Source of the DNA: Arcobacter sp.
GTDB lineage: Bacteria > Campylobacterota > Campylobacteria > Campylobacterales > Sulfurimonadaceae
Assembly (NCBI GenBank): GCA_002733885.1
Contig: NVXJ01000001.1
Location: 109,298 to 171,301, forward strand
Direction: 5' to 3'
Length of the DNA: 62,004 nt
The notes beneath the pieces are model-generated. The model did no database searches, had not been told where the DNA came from, and worked only from the letters and a program-made list of their open reading frames with translations. How positions within the stretch are numbered: the first letter of the stretch is position 1; every line of letters begins with the position of its first letter. Below, in pieces: positions 19,404-29,000 of this stretch. The position numbers were made by a program, and so were the translations under genes.

Positions 19404-20093
19404 TTATACCAAATCATAACTAACTAGCATTTTTTTTATATTACTAACTGAATTAAACATTAGAACATCAATTAAAGACAATTTAGCTATAAAATCATCA
19501 TTAAACTGTTTATACACTATCTTCTCTTTATTAATAAATTTTAAATCAACAGTTGCTTCAGCAAATTTTAGTTTACAATACAAGTTTTTACCACCTACTG
19601 CATTCACATATTCTTTTTCATTTAAACGATTACAAATATCAATTATTCGTTCATCCATCATTAGAGAATTGTCTTTTTCAATCTCACTAGAATATAAAAT
19701 TTTTGTATCCATTTCTAAATAAGCAGCAACTCTAATTAATGCATCGCCTAAAAATTTTGCAAGATTTTCTTCTTTATTTAAGAGTATTTTTTCTATTAAT
19801 GGAAAAGCATCTTCAAAATGAGGTGCTTTTTTATAACTTCGTCGTATTGTTTCTAAAAGTTTTGCACCATTCGCACCAACTTCAATTTCATTAATAAGCT
19901 TATTTTGACTTGCGCCCTTAAGTTGAAGCGAAATCTTAAATTCTTGATTATTCATTAAAATAATATTTTTATTAATAAAACCATTTTTAATGTAATGTAA
20001 ATCATCCGCTATAACATAGATATCAACTGCATTAAGTAATTGAAAGTACCCGATATATGGGAAAAAATAGGGTTGCATAATCGCTATACTCAT
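19404..20093 (-). CDS. WbqC-family protein
   Basis: N-terminus MSIAIMQPYFFPYIGYFQLLNAVD is the hallmark of the WbqC-like family found in O-antigen loci. Confidence 0.8.
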   Translation of the reverse strand: MSIAIMQPYFFPYIGYFQLLNAVDIYVIADDLHYIKNGFINKNIILMNNQEFKISLQLKGASQNKLINEIEVGANGAKLLETIRRSYKKAPHFEDAFPLIEKILLNKEENLAKFLGDALIRVAAYLEMDTKILYSSEIEKDNSLMMDERIIDICNRLNEKEYVNAVGGKNLYCKLKFAEATVDLKFINKEKIVYKQFNDDFIAKLSLIDVLMFNSVSNIKKMLVSYDLV

Positions 20094-20239
20094 GCAATAC
20101 CTTCTTCCATAAAAAGTTCTACTAAGTTTTCAGCATTACTCATTTTTTCAACTGAATCAAATTTTAAAAATGCTTTATAACTCTTACTTACCCCTAAATA
20201 AAGACTCTTATTCTGTTTTACTTTATTATTTTTGTGCAT
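20090..20239 (-). CDS. unlisted small ORF (49 aa), translationally coupled to wbqC
   Basis: ATG at 20239 is preceded by AGGGGGA. It encodes MHKNNKVKQNKSLYLGVSKSYKAFLKFDSVEKMSNAENLVELFMEEGIA. Its TGA overlaps the wbqC ATG (ATGA). It fills an otherwise unexplained 184-nt gap in a gap-free operon. It is below the 60-aa cut-off of the ORF track. Confidence 0.45.
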   Translation of the reverse strand: MHKNNKVKQNKSLYLGVSKSYKAFLKFDSVEKMSNAENLVELFMEEGIA

Positions 20240-20277
20240 ACTATTTCATTCCCCCTATATTTAACTTCTATTAAAGA

Positions 20278-20793
20278 CTAGTTATTAAGTTTACTTAAGA
20301 CAATTACATCATGGTGTTTTCCCTTTTTAAAAACTGCATTTCGTAATCTACCTTCTTTATCAAATCCACATTTTTCATGAGTACGTAAAGAGGCTGTATT
20401 ATAAGAAAGAACATGTGAATATATTCGATGTAAATTACGTTCTTCAAAACCATACTTTAAGATTTTAGAAATTGCCTCAGTTCCTATACCTTTTCCATAA
20501 AGGGATGCTTCCCCAAGTAAAATATGCAATTGAGCACTTCTATTTATATTATCAATATCTGTTAAATAAATATTACCTACATATTGATCTGTTGCTTGTA
20601 AACATATTGCTAGAACAATTTCTGTCCCTTTAGCATTGTAAATTTTATCTTCTACCCACTTTTTTTCATATGCTTCTGATACAAAGTAATGGAGTCCTCC
20701 AAGTTGAACCGATATACTTTCATCTTTGCGCCACTTAATGGAAACCTTGTAATCATCTAGTTCTAATGCTCTAAAATAAATCAGATCTTGCAT
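20278..20793 (-). CDS. GNAT-family N-acetyltransferase (RimJ/RimL-like)
   Basis: 171 aa. ...LHILLGEASLYGKGIGTEAISKILKYGFEERNLHRIYSHVLSYNTASLRTHEKCGF is the acetyl-CoA binding core. Confidence 0.85.
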   Translation of the reverse strand: MQDLIYFRALELDDYKVSIKWRKDESISVQLGGLHYFVSEAYEKKWVEDKIYNAKGTEIVLAICLQATDQYVGNIYLTDIDNINRSAQLHILLGEASLYGKGIGTEAISKILKYGFEERNLHRIYSHVLSYNTASLRTHEKCGFDKEGRLRNAVFKKGKHHDVIVLSKLNN

Positions 20794-21771
20794 TTATATC
20801 TCCTCTTTTAAAAAAACAGTAACAACATCAATAATTCTTTGCATATCTTCTATCTCATAACGTTGATCTATTGGTATTGGCAACAAGTATTTTACAAAAC
20901 TTGCTTCTACTTGTTCTTGAGTTTCTACATAATCTAAAACTTCATTCCAGTATGTTGGTACATATATCTTTTGCTCAATTAAAAAAGACCTTAATCCCTC
21001 TTTTTCAATCCATAAAGGGTATACCATTGGTCCAATAATTTGACCTTCTCTTATCTTTAGCTTATTAATAGAAATAAAAGTGGCATGCAAATATAAAAAG
21101 TTTCGTTCACGTCTAAGTTTAATCTTTTCATAATCTATTGATGAAAGAATTTTTTGAGTTAAAACAGACATTTTCTTTAAAGGTCTATGACACATCTCTT
21201 TATTATGATTTGCATACAGTGAATAGGCTTGAGAAGCTTCATTTTCTGTTCTTGTAAGTAAGGCGGCACAACGGTCATAGGACATCTCAAATTCCAACTC
21301 TTCATCTAACTTCGTACTTGAGTATACATACCCTCCATCTGCTACACCAAAGAACTTGCGAGGAGAGTAGCAGTTATTTGTATTTTTAATTGGCTGCTTA
21401 AAAAAGGCTTGAGTATTGTCTATAATAAGCCTCTCACCATACATCTTTGCCAATTTATTTATATACTCATTTTTAATACCAAAATAATTAATATAAATAA
21501 GTTTTTCATTATCCTTTATATCTTGAGGAAGTAAGTTTATAATTTCTAAATTTTCATTAATTGCATAAAACACATACTCAATACCAAGTGTAATTACTGG
21601 TTCAATTACAGTACCGCAAGTAAAATATGGTACATAAACTTTTTGTGTACTAGATGCTTTTAAGACATACGCAATAGCATTTCGACCACTGTTTACCTTT
21701 GCTGTGGCATCTGTATACAACTCATTTCTTACATCAAATTCAAATTCAAAGTAACCGCCAATTTCTCTCAT
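20794..21771 (-). CDS. short DegT/DnrJ/EryC1-like PLP-dependent enzyme
   Basis: NSGRNAIAYVL...VYVPYFTCGTVIEPV, LIIDNTQAF and YSPRKFFGVADGG (candidate PLP Lys) follow the DegT fold order. Shorter (325 aa) and more divergent than the neighbouring transaminase. Confidence 0.55.
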   Translation of the reverse strand: MREIGGYFEFEFDVRNELYTDATAKVNSGRNAIAYVLKASSTQKVYVPYFTCGTVIEPVITLGIEYVFYAINENLEIINLLPQDIKDNEKLIYINYFGIKNEYINKLAKMYGERLIIDNTQAFFKQPIKNTNNCYSPRKFFGVADGGYVYSSTKLDEELEFEMSYDRCAALLTRTENEASQAYSLYANHNKEMCHRPLKKMSVLTQKILSSIDYEKIKLRRERNFLYLHATFISINKLKIREGQIIGPMVYPLWIEKEGLRSFLIEQKIYVPTYWNEVLDYVETQEQVEASFVKYLLPIPIDQRYEIEDMQRIIDVVTVFLKEEI

Positions 21772-21783
21772 CTATAAAATACC

Positions 21784-22887
21784 TTACTTTTTCTCAAAAT
21801 AGATATCATGTTCTTTATGATAATCACAAATAATATTAATAATTCTATCTTGAACTTCTAGTTCAAGCCCAGGGTAAATAGGAAGTGCCAGTATTCTCTC
21901 AGACACATCTCTTGAGACAGGCATTACATCTGAATCTTGAGTATAAGGAAGCGTATCTAAAGAAGGATAAAAATATCTTCTTGGATTGATTCCATTGTCT
22001 TTTAAAATCTTCACTACCCTTAAAAGTTGTTGCTCATTTTTAAAAAGAATGGGGAAATAAGCATGATTATTTGTACAATTTTCATTCTTTTTTTGAATTT
22101 CTACGATCCCAGTTAAAGCATTGAAATAACGTTCATATAATTCTTTACGTTGCTCTTGAATGAGTTCTATCTCATCCAATACGCATAGCCCCATAGCCGC
22201 TTCAAATTCATTCATTTTAGCATTAGTACCTAAGGCTTTAACTGTTTCAGGCCCATCTATCCCAAAGTTGATAAGGTATCTGGCATCTTGAACAAGTCTA
22301 TCATCATTTATAATTAAAGCCCCACCTTCAATAGAATGAAATATTTTCGTTGCATGGAAACTAAGAGTCGAAACATCTCCATAATTTAAAAGGCTTTCAT
22401 TCTTATAATTTTCTCCAAAGGCGTGTGCTGCATCATAAATTACTTTTAAGTTATGCTTATCTGCAATTTTTTCAATACTTTCAACCTCACAAGCATTACC
22501 AAATACATGAACAGGAACTATTGCACTCGTCTTATCTGTGATTCTTTCTTCTAATTTTTTTGGGTCTAAGTTTAAACTTTCTTTATCTATATCACAAAAT
22601 ATAGGTTTAAGTCCATTTGACACTAAAGAACTTGTCGTTGCTACAAAAGAAAAAGGTGTTGTTATAACCTCACCTTTTAATTTTAATAATCTATATGCAA
22701 TTTCTAAAGCAACCGTACCATTTGAAACAAGAACAATATTTTTTACCCCTAAAAATTTTGCTAAGCGACTCTCTAGCTCTTGAACCAAAGGACCATTATT
22801 AGTCACCCAACCACTTTCGTAGATCTTGTCTATATACGAAATATACTTCTCTTTATCTGGCATATATGTTTTTGTAACATTAATCAT
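21784..22887 (-). CDS. DegT/DnrJ/EryC1/StrS-family sugar aminotransferase (probable dTDP-4-keto-6-deoxyhexose 4-aminotransferase)
   Basis: GWVTNNGPLVQELE, VSNGTVALE, IYDAAHAFG and SFHATKIFHSIEGGALI (PLP Lys). The start is taken at ATG 22887 (MINVTKTY), which overlaps the rmlB stop. The track's 22911 start lies deep inside rmlB. Confidence 0.9.
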   Translation of the reverse strand: MINVTKTYMPDKEKYISYIDKIYESGWVTNNGPLVQELESRLAKFLGVKNIVLVSNGTVALEIAYRLLKLKGEVITTPFSFVATTSSLVSNGLKPIFCDIDKESLNLDPKKLEERITDKTSAIVPVHVFGNACEVESIEKIADKHNLKVIYDAAHAFGENYKNESLLNYGDVSTLSFHATKIFHSIEGGALIINDDRLVQDARYLINFGIDGPETVKALGTNAKMNEFEAAMGLCVLDEIELIQEQRKELYERYFNALTGIVEIQKKNENCTNNHAYFPILFKNEQQLLRVVKILKDNGINPRRYFYPSLDTLPYTQDSDVMPVSRDVSERILALPIYPGLELEVQDRIINIICDYHKEHDIYFEKK

Positions 22888-23893
22888 TATATTTCTCCAA
22901 ATACCAATCAATTGTTTTCACAATCCCCGTACTAAAATCTTCATCGGCTTTCCAGCCTAGTTCTTTTTCTAACTTAGTAGCATCAATAGCGTAACGTCTA
23001 TCATGTCCTGCTCTATCTTCGACAAAGCTAATTAAATCCTTATACGATTTATCTGTGGGAACCTTCTCGTCCAAGATACTACAAATTGTATCTACAATCT
23101 GTAAGTTCGTTCTTTCATTATGTCCACCAATGTTATAAATATTAGCTTCTCTTCCCGTATGATAAACTAAATCAATTCCCTTACAATGATCAAATACATA
23201 TAACCAATCTCTAATATTTTTTCCATCACCATAAATAGGAATATTATCTCCTGATAAACATTTGCGAATAATCGTTGGAATAAGTTTTTCATCATGCTGC
23301 TTAGGACCATAATTGTTTGAGCAGTTAGTTATGACTGTATTCATTCCGTAAGTTTCTTGATAAGAACGCACTATCATGTCACTACTGGCTTTTGAAGCCG
23401 CGTAAGGTGAATTTGGGGCATAAGGTGTTTCTTCCGTAAAAAGATCTGTCTCATTTAAAGTTCCATATACTTCATCTGTCGAAATATGGTGAAAACGGCA
23501 TTTTTCATATCCTGCTTTAAAGCTAAATGGCTTTTTCATCCATTTCTTGTAAGCAACATCTAGCAGTGTAAAAGTACCATTAACATTTGTTTCAATAAAA
23601 ACACCAGGATTTTTAATTGAATTGTCTACATGTGATTCCGCAGCAAAATGAATAATGCCTTTAATATCATACTCATCAAAGATAAACTCAACTAAGTCAC
23701 GATTACAGATATCACCTTTGATAAACTTGTAATTTGAATCTTTTTCAATATCATTTAAATTCATTAAATCACCTGCGTAGGTTAGAAGATCTAAGTTAAT
23801 AATTTGGTATTCTGGGTATTTATCTAAAAAGTAAGGGACAAAATTTGAACCTATAAATCCAGCACAACCTGTCACTAAGATTGATTTAGACAT
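22880..23893 (-). CDS. rfbB: dTDP-glucose 4,6-dehydratase
   Basis: [37 protein letters not shown] 23893 (MSKSILV) has AAGGAAG 6 nt upstream. The longer track start lies inside rmlA. Confidence 0.95.
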   Translation of the reverse strand: MSKSILVTGCAGFIGSNFVPYFLDKYPEYQIINLDLLTYAGDLMNLNDIEKDSNYKFIKGDICNRDLVEFIFDEYDIKGIIHFAAESHVDNSIKNPGVFIETNVNGTFTLLDVAYKKWMKKPFSFKAGYEKCRFHHISTDEVYGTLNETDLFTEETPYAPNSPYAASKASSDMIVRSYQETYGMNTVITNCSNNYGPKQHDEKLIPTIIRKCLSGDNIPIYGDGKNIRDWLYVFDHCKGIDLVYHTGREANIYNIGGHNERTNLQIVDTICSILDEKVPTDKSYKDLISFVEDRAGHDRRYAIDATKLEKELGWKADEDFSTGIVKTIDWYLEKYND

Positions 23894-24800
23894 TTTCATC
23901 TTCCTTACAAGGTTGACAGTAATGACCTTCCTCTGCTCTACGTAACAGGTATTGTCCATATTGGTTTTTCTTTAAAGGCTGAGCAAGTTCAATTAATTGT
24001 TCTTTTGTAATATAGTTCATCTCAAAGGCAATTTCTTCTAAACAAGCTACTTTTAAACCCTGACGTTTTTCAATAGTCTGAATAAACTGCCCTGCATCTA
24101 AAAGACTCTCATGCGTTCCTGTATCTAACCAGGCATATCCCCGTCCCATAATTTCAACTTTTAAGTTTTTTTCTTCCAAATAAGCTTGATTAATTGAGGT
24201 TATCTCTAACTCGCCACGGTCAGATGGTTTTACTTTTTTAGCTTTTGAAACTACATCATTAGGATAAAAATACAAGCCGACAACCGCATAATGACTTTTA
24301 GGATTTTCAGGCTTTTCTTCTAAAGAAAGCACTTCCTCTTTGTTATTAAATTCAACCACCCCATAACGTTCTGGATCATTTACATAATAACCAAATACAG
24401 TCGCTTGCTTATTATTTTGTGCATTAAGTACAGACTTATTTAACATCTCCACTAATCCACCTCCATAAAAGACATTATCCCCTAACACAAGGCAAACATC
24501 ATCATCTCCTATAAAGTCCTCTCCAAGAATAAAAGCTTGGGCTAAACCATCAGGCGAAGGCTGAATAACATAGTCAAAATACATACCAAGGTCTGAACCA
24601 TCTCCAAGAAGTTCTTTAAAACGTGGTAGGTCATGTGGCGTTGAAATAATTAATATTTCTTTTATCCCCGCAAGCATAAGAACAGAAAGTGGATAATAAA
24701 TCATTGGCTTATCATAAAGTGGTGCTAACTGCTTACTAATACCTTTAGTAATTGGATATAGACGTGTTCCACTTCCTCCAGCTAAAATAATTCCCTTCAT
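23886..24800 (-). CDS. rfbA: glucose-1-phosphate thymidylyltransferase
   Basis: [25 protein letters not shown]...GLAQAF...[13 protein letters not shown] is the canonical RmlA. Confidence 0.97.
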   Translation of the reverse strand: MKGIILAGGSGTRLYPITKGISKQLAPLYDKPMIYYPLSVLMLAGIKEILIISTPHDLPRFKELLGDGSDLGMYFDYVIQPSPDGLAQAFILGEDFIGDDDVCLVLGDNVFYGGGLVEMLNKSVLNAQNNKQATVFGYYVNDPERYGVVEFNNKEEVLSLEEKPENPKSHYAVVGLYFYPNDVVSKAKKVKPSDRGELEITSINQAYLEEKNLKVEIMGRGYAWLDTGTHESLLDAGQFIQTIEKRQGLKVACLEEIAFEMNYITKEQLIELAQPLKKNQYGQYLLRRAEEGHYCQPCKEDENV

Positions 24801-24813
24801 ACACTTCCTTAAC

Positions 24814-24841
24814 TTAATGTAATTATATTAATGTAATTATA
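24814..24841. repeat. perfect 14-bp tandem direct repeat (ttaatgtaattata x2) in the divergent promoter region
   Basis: 24814-24827 equals 24828-24841. Located 14 nt upstream of the rmlA start, in the 187-nt rmlA/acyltransferase intergenic region. Confidence 0.9.
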
Positions 24842-24944
24842 TTATAATAATTATTAAAATAAGTAAAATATAGTTAAAATTCATTAGTTTGTAATACTTA
24901 TGTTATGAAAGACATTAGTTCAGAGATAATACTTTATTTTTGTG

Positions 24945-24950
24945 TATAAT
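24945..24950 (+). promoter_or_regulatory. candidate -10 box (TATAAT) for the acyltransferase gene
   Basis: tgtgTATAAT lies 38 nt upstream of ATG 24988. A GAGAGAGA RBS precedes the start. Confidence 0.3.
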
Positions 24951-24987
24951 TTTGACTTTTTAAAACATAATAATCAAGAGAGAGAAA

Positions 24988-26016
24988 ATGCAAGAACGAA
25001 TCCAATGGCTAGACTCCTATCGTGGTATATTGATAAGCTCTATCGTTTTTATTCATATTTTAGACTTATTTCCTATTTACAACCCTTTTATGGAAATGTT
25101 TTCAGGTATGCGTATGCCTGCATTTTTCTTTATCTCTGGCTTTTTACTGAGTGATAGGTATACAGCTTTCTCAAGTTTTTTCAAACATAGATTCAGGCAA
25201 CTCATTGTTCCATATTTTATATTTTTTATTTTAACACTTCTCTTTTGGAATTTTTTTGATCTCTTTGTGAACAATACTATTGTTCATAGTTTGCAACTAC
25301 TCAAAGGTATGATTTACGGAGTGCCCTCTAGTGGGTTAATGCTAACTGCTGCACCTTTATGGTTTGTTGTTACTCTCTTTTTATCTGAAATGTACTATAT
25401 TACTCTAAAAATATATATAAAAAGTGATTTGCAAAAACTATTTATATTAATTCTCTTTAGTTTAGTCACCTTGTACCTAAGTATACATCTTAAATATAGA
25501 TTACCGTGGAATGCTGATATTGCTTTTTTAGGTGCTGTTTTTTATGGCCTAGGAAATATCACCAAAAAGTACAATCTTTTACATTACCTTCATATCGAGC
25601 ATACTTTGCTAAAGCTAATTGTGATTATATTTTCTTTGGGGATCAGCATTTGGTTAAGTTTACATAGTACTAACGATTATGCTAGAAATATCTTTAATAA
25701 TATGTTTTTCACACTTCTAAGTGCAGGCTTTGGAATTATTTCACTTGTTTTATTCTCTTCATTTAAGCCTATAAAAGAAAGCCAAGCACTTCAATACCTT
25801 GGTATTAATACCTATGTTATTTTAGCCTTCCACAATATACCTATTAAACTTTTTTCAATAATTTTATTAAAACTAACAGGTTCAAATACTGTATTTGTAA
25901 ATAGTAGCATTGCTCAGCTATTTACTGGGCCTTTGTTCTTAGTTATTCTTCTTTTTTCTATGATGCCACTTATCTATATCATCAATAAAAAAGCACCCAT
26001 GATATTAAATAAATAG
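24988..26016 (+). CDS. membrane acyltransferase family 3 (O-acetyl/acyltransferase, OafA/WecH-like, no SGNH extension)
   Basis: N-terminus RIQWLDSYRGILISSIVFIH (conserved R and H) and about 10 TM helices. It is the only plus-strand gene inside the locus. Confidence 0.85.
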   Translation: MQERIQWLDSYRGILISSIVFIHILDLFPIYNPFMEMFSGMRMPAFFFISGFLLSDRYTAFSSFFKHRFRQLIVPYFIFFILTLLFWNFFDLFVNNTIVHSLQLLKGMIYGVPSSGLMLTAAPLWFVVTLFLSEMYYITLKIYIKSDLQKLFILILFSLVTLYLSIHLKYRLPWNADIAFLGAVFYGLGNITKKYNLLHYLHIEHTLLKLIVIIFSLGISIWLSLHSTNDYARNIFNNMFFTLLSAGFGIISLVLFSSFKPIKESQALQYLGINTYVILAFHNIPIKLFSIILLKLTGSNTVFVNSSIAQLFTGPLFLVILLFSMMPLIYIINKKAPMILNK

Positions 26017-26035
26017 TAAATTCACTTAAGGGTAC

Positions 26036-29000
26036 TTATTTTTCGTCAAAACTACTATAATAGGAATCAATAGTTTTCTTAAGACTCTGAACATTCTCAC
26101 TTAACAATACCGTTAAATGTTCACCATCTATATAATTAACACTTACATTCTTCTCTATAAGCTGACTCCAACCATACTTAGTCATAACACTATTTCTTTG
26201 CATATTTTCATTTTTATCTTTAATAAATAATAATGATATATTAAGATCTTCTTTCATTGGTTTAAACCTATAATAATCATAAGCGAGTACTGCATATGGT
26301 ACTATTTGTGTCTTAGAATGATGTTCTAACTTATGCTTTGCAAAACTAAAAAACTGCATTCTACTCATTTTATTAAATATCTTTTTTATTTCAAACTTTG
26401 ATAAAGATTTTGTCATCTGAAATAATTGTTTATAGTTTTTCTTTTGAGGAACAGATGTATTAAGCATTATAATTGATTCAATCTCATCTTTTAAAATTTT
26501 TGCCATTTCATAAGCAACTAATGACCCCATGCAATAACCAATTAAGCGATATGGCCCATGCCGTTGTATTGATTTAATTGCCTTTACATTTGCTTTTGCA
26601 ATTTCAACAATCGCATTCACTGCTGAACTTGAGGATGTAGGATACAACATATCTAATCCATAAAAAGGTTGTGTTTCACCCATAACTTCGGAAAGCGCTT
26701 TATATATCACCGTGCTCCCACCTGCTCCTGGTAGTCCAAAAATTGCTCTTTTATTACCCTTAATTTGAATAGGAACTAATATTTCTTCGGAAGTTTTTTC
26801 TGCTTTAATCCATATTCCTAATTTTTCTACAGTTGGTGCCTGAAAAAGTACTGATGCTACTAACTTAATATTAAGAAACTTATTTACTTTTTCAATTAAC
26901 TGTACTGATAATAAAGAATGCCCACCTAGCTCAAAAAAATCATCATAAATACCAATTTCTTTTATTTTAAAAACTTCTGAAAAAATAGAACTAAGCTTTA
27001 CTTCAATATCATTTCGTGGTTCCATATATTCTCTTGACAATTCTCTTATAACTTCTATTTTGGCTAAAGCTTTTTTATCCACTTTTCCGTTAGAGGTTAA
27101 TGGCATTTTTTTCAAGAATACGATTGCACTTGGAAGCATATATTCTGGTAAATTCAAAGATAAATTTATTTTTATCCTAGCTGTATCTATTTTTTGATTA
27201 TTTGCAGTGATGACATATCCAACTAAAGCTTTTTCACCATGATTATCTTCATTAGCTAGTACAACCGCTTCCTTAATTTCATTTAATTGTATAAGTTGTT
27301 GTTCAATTTCACCTAACTCAATTCTAAAACCGCGTATCTTTACTTGGTCATCTATTCTACCAAGATATTCTATGTCCCCATCTTCTGTATAACGAACTAA
27401 ATCACCTGCCTTATACATTCTAGTACTTGTTTCAAATGGATTAGGTATGAACTTTTCATCTGTTAAGACAACTTGATTTAAATATCCTCGTGCTAATCCT
27501 GGCCCTGATATATAAAGTTCTCCTGCTACTCCCTGTGGCACTAGCTGGTTGTCTTTATTTAAAATATAACAAGATAAGTCTTTTAAAGTTTTTCCAATTA
27601 AAGTTTTTTCATTCTTTACATCTTCTTTGTATAAAGCCTTGTAGGTAGTATGTACTGTCGTTTCCGTAATCCCATACATATTAACGAGTAAAGGATGAGT
27701 GTCATTATATTTTTCATACCAACTAGACAAGACACTAAACTCTAACTTTTCACCACCAAAAATTACTTTTCGAAGACTATTTATTTTTTCTTTATGTTGT
27801 TTATCAACTTCTATAATTTGCTTAAATGCAGAAGGTGTCTGATTTAAAATAGTAATTTTTTCTCTACCTAAAAGTTTATAAAATTCTTCAGGTGAACGAG
27901 AAATCTCATAAGGAACAATCACAAGTTTTCCACCATGTAATAAGGCACCCCAAATTTCCCAAACTGCGAAATCAAAGGCAAACGAATGGAAAAAAGTCCA
28001 CACATCATTTTCATCAAACTTAAAGTCATCTTGAGTTGATTGAAAAAGCCTCTGAATATTTGTATGCTCAAGCATAACACCTTTTGGTTTTCCAGTTGTT
28101 CCCGAAGTATAAATCACATAGGCTAAGTTTTTAGACTTCGTTTTGGTTTTAGGATTGTTTGTCTGGTAAGTACTTAGGTCATTTGTATCTAAACAGACTA
28201 TCTTACTCTTAGTCTCAGGAATAAGACTAAGAAGAGTTTCGTGTGTTAATAAAATTTCTGCTTTTGAATCTTCTAAGGTATATTCAATTCTATCTCTAGG
28301 ATAAGCTGGATCAATCGGTAAATAGGCTCCCCCCGCTTTTAAAATAGCTAACAACCCAACAATCATATCTATTGAACGCTCAACACATATGGCAATAAGT
28401 TTATCTGCACAGGCACCTTCCCTAATCAAATACTGTGCTAACTGATTAGACCGTTCATTTAAGCACTTATACGTTAATGACTCTTTCTCAAAAACAACAG
28501 CAATATTATCAGGTGTTTTAGTTACTTGACTTTCAAAAAGCTCCTGTATCGTTTTAGATGCATCATATTTTGTCTCTTTTTTATTCAGTTCAAATAAAAG
28601 ATTATTTTTTTGAACCTGCGATAAAATTTCATATTGTGATATTTCCTTCTGACTATCTAAATTCACTTCGTCTAAAAGCATTTTAAAATTGTCTATCATT
28701 GAGGTAATGTATACAGGAGAAAACAAATCAGTCGCATATTTCAAAGAACCTAAAAGGATATTGTCTTTTTTCGTTATAGATAGGGTGATATCAAACTTAG
28801 ATGTCATTTTTTTTATTTTATCTCTAGAAATATCATTATCATTTAGAATAAACATAGCTTGAACTAAGGGCGCACGTGAGGTGTCTTTTACAATATTTAA
28901 AGCATCTGCAATTTCTTCAAATACCATGTCATTAAAATCATATGAATCTATAATTTTATTTTTTACTTGATTAAGCAATTTTTCAAAGCTAGAAGTATCG

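Noticed and set aside
20090-20239. Calling the 49-aa micro-ORF an acyl/peptidyl carrier protein
   Set aside because: The FDS...LVELFMEE stretch resembles the Ser/helix II region. But only about 20 residues follow the Ser, and the whole ORF is 49 aa against at least 75 for a carrier fold. It is kept only as an unassigned small ORF.
22888-22911. Longer N-terminal extensions offered by the ORF track for the DegT transaminase (to 22911), rmlB (to 23959), kdsD (to 31708), manC (to 33032), pgi (to 44560), the GT2 at 3020 (to 3784) and the small membrane protein (to 61198)
   Set aside because: The extensions run deep into the preceding gene or into a hairpin. They lack an RBS and add residues not seen at the N-termini of these families. 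Internal ATGs with an AGGA-type RBS and the canonical N-terminal motifs were preferred.
24942-25154. 70-aa ORF overlapping the start of the AT3 acyltransferase
   Set aside because: It is in a different frame over the acyltransferase N-terminus, and its start lies on the putative -10 box. The acyltransferase frame has the conserved R/H N-terminal motif and an RBS.
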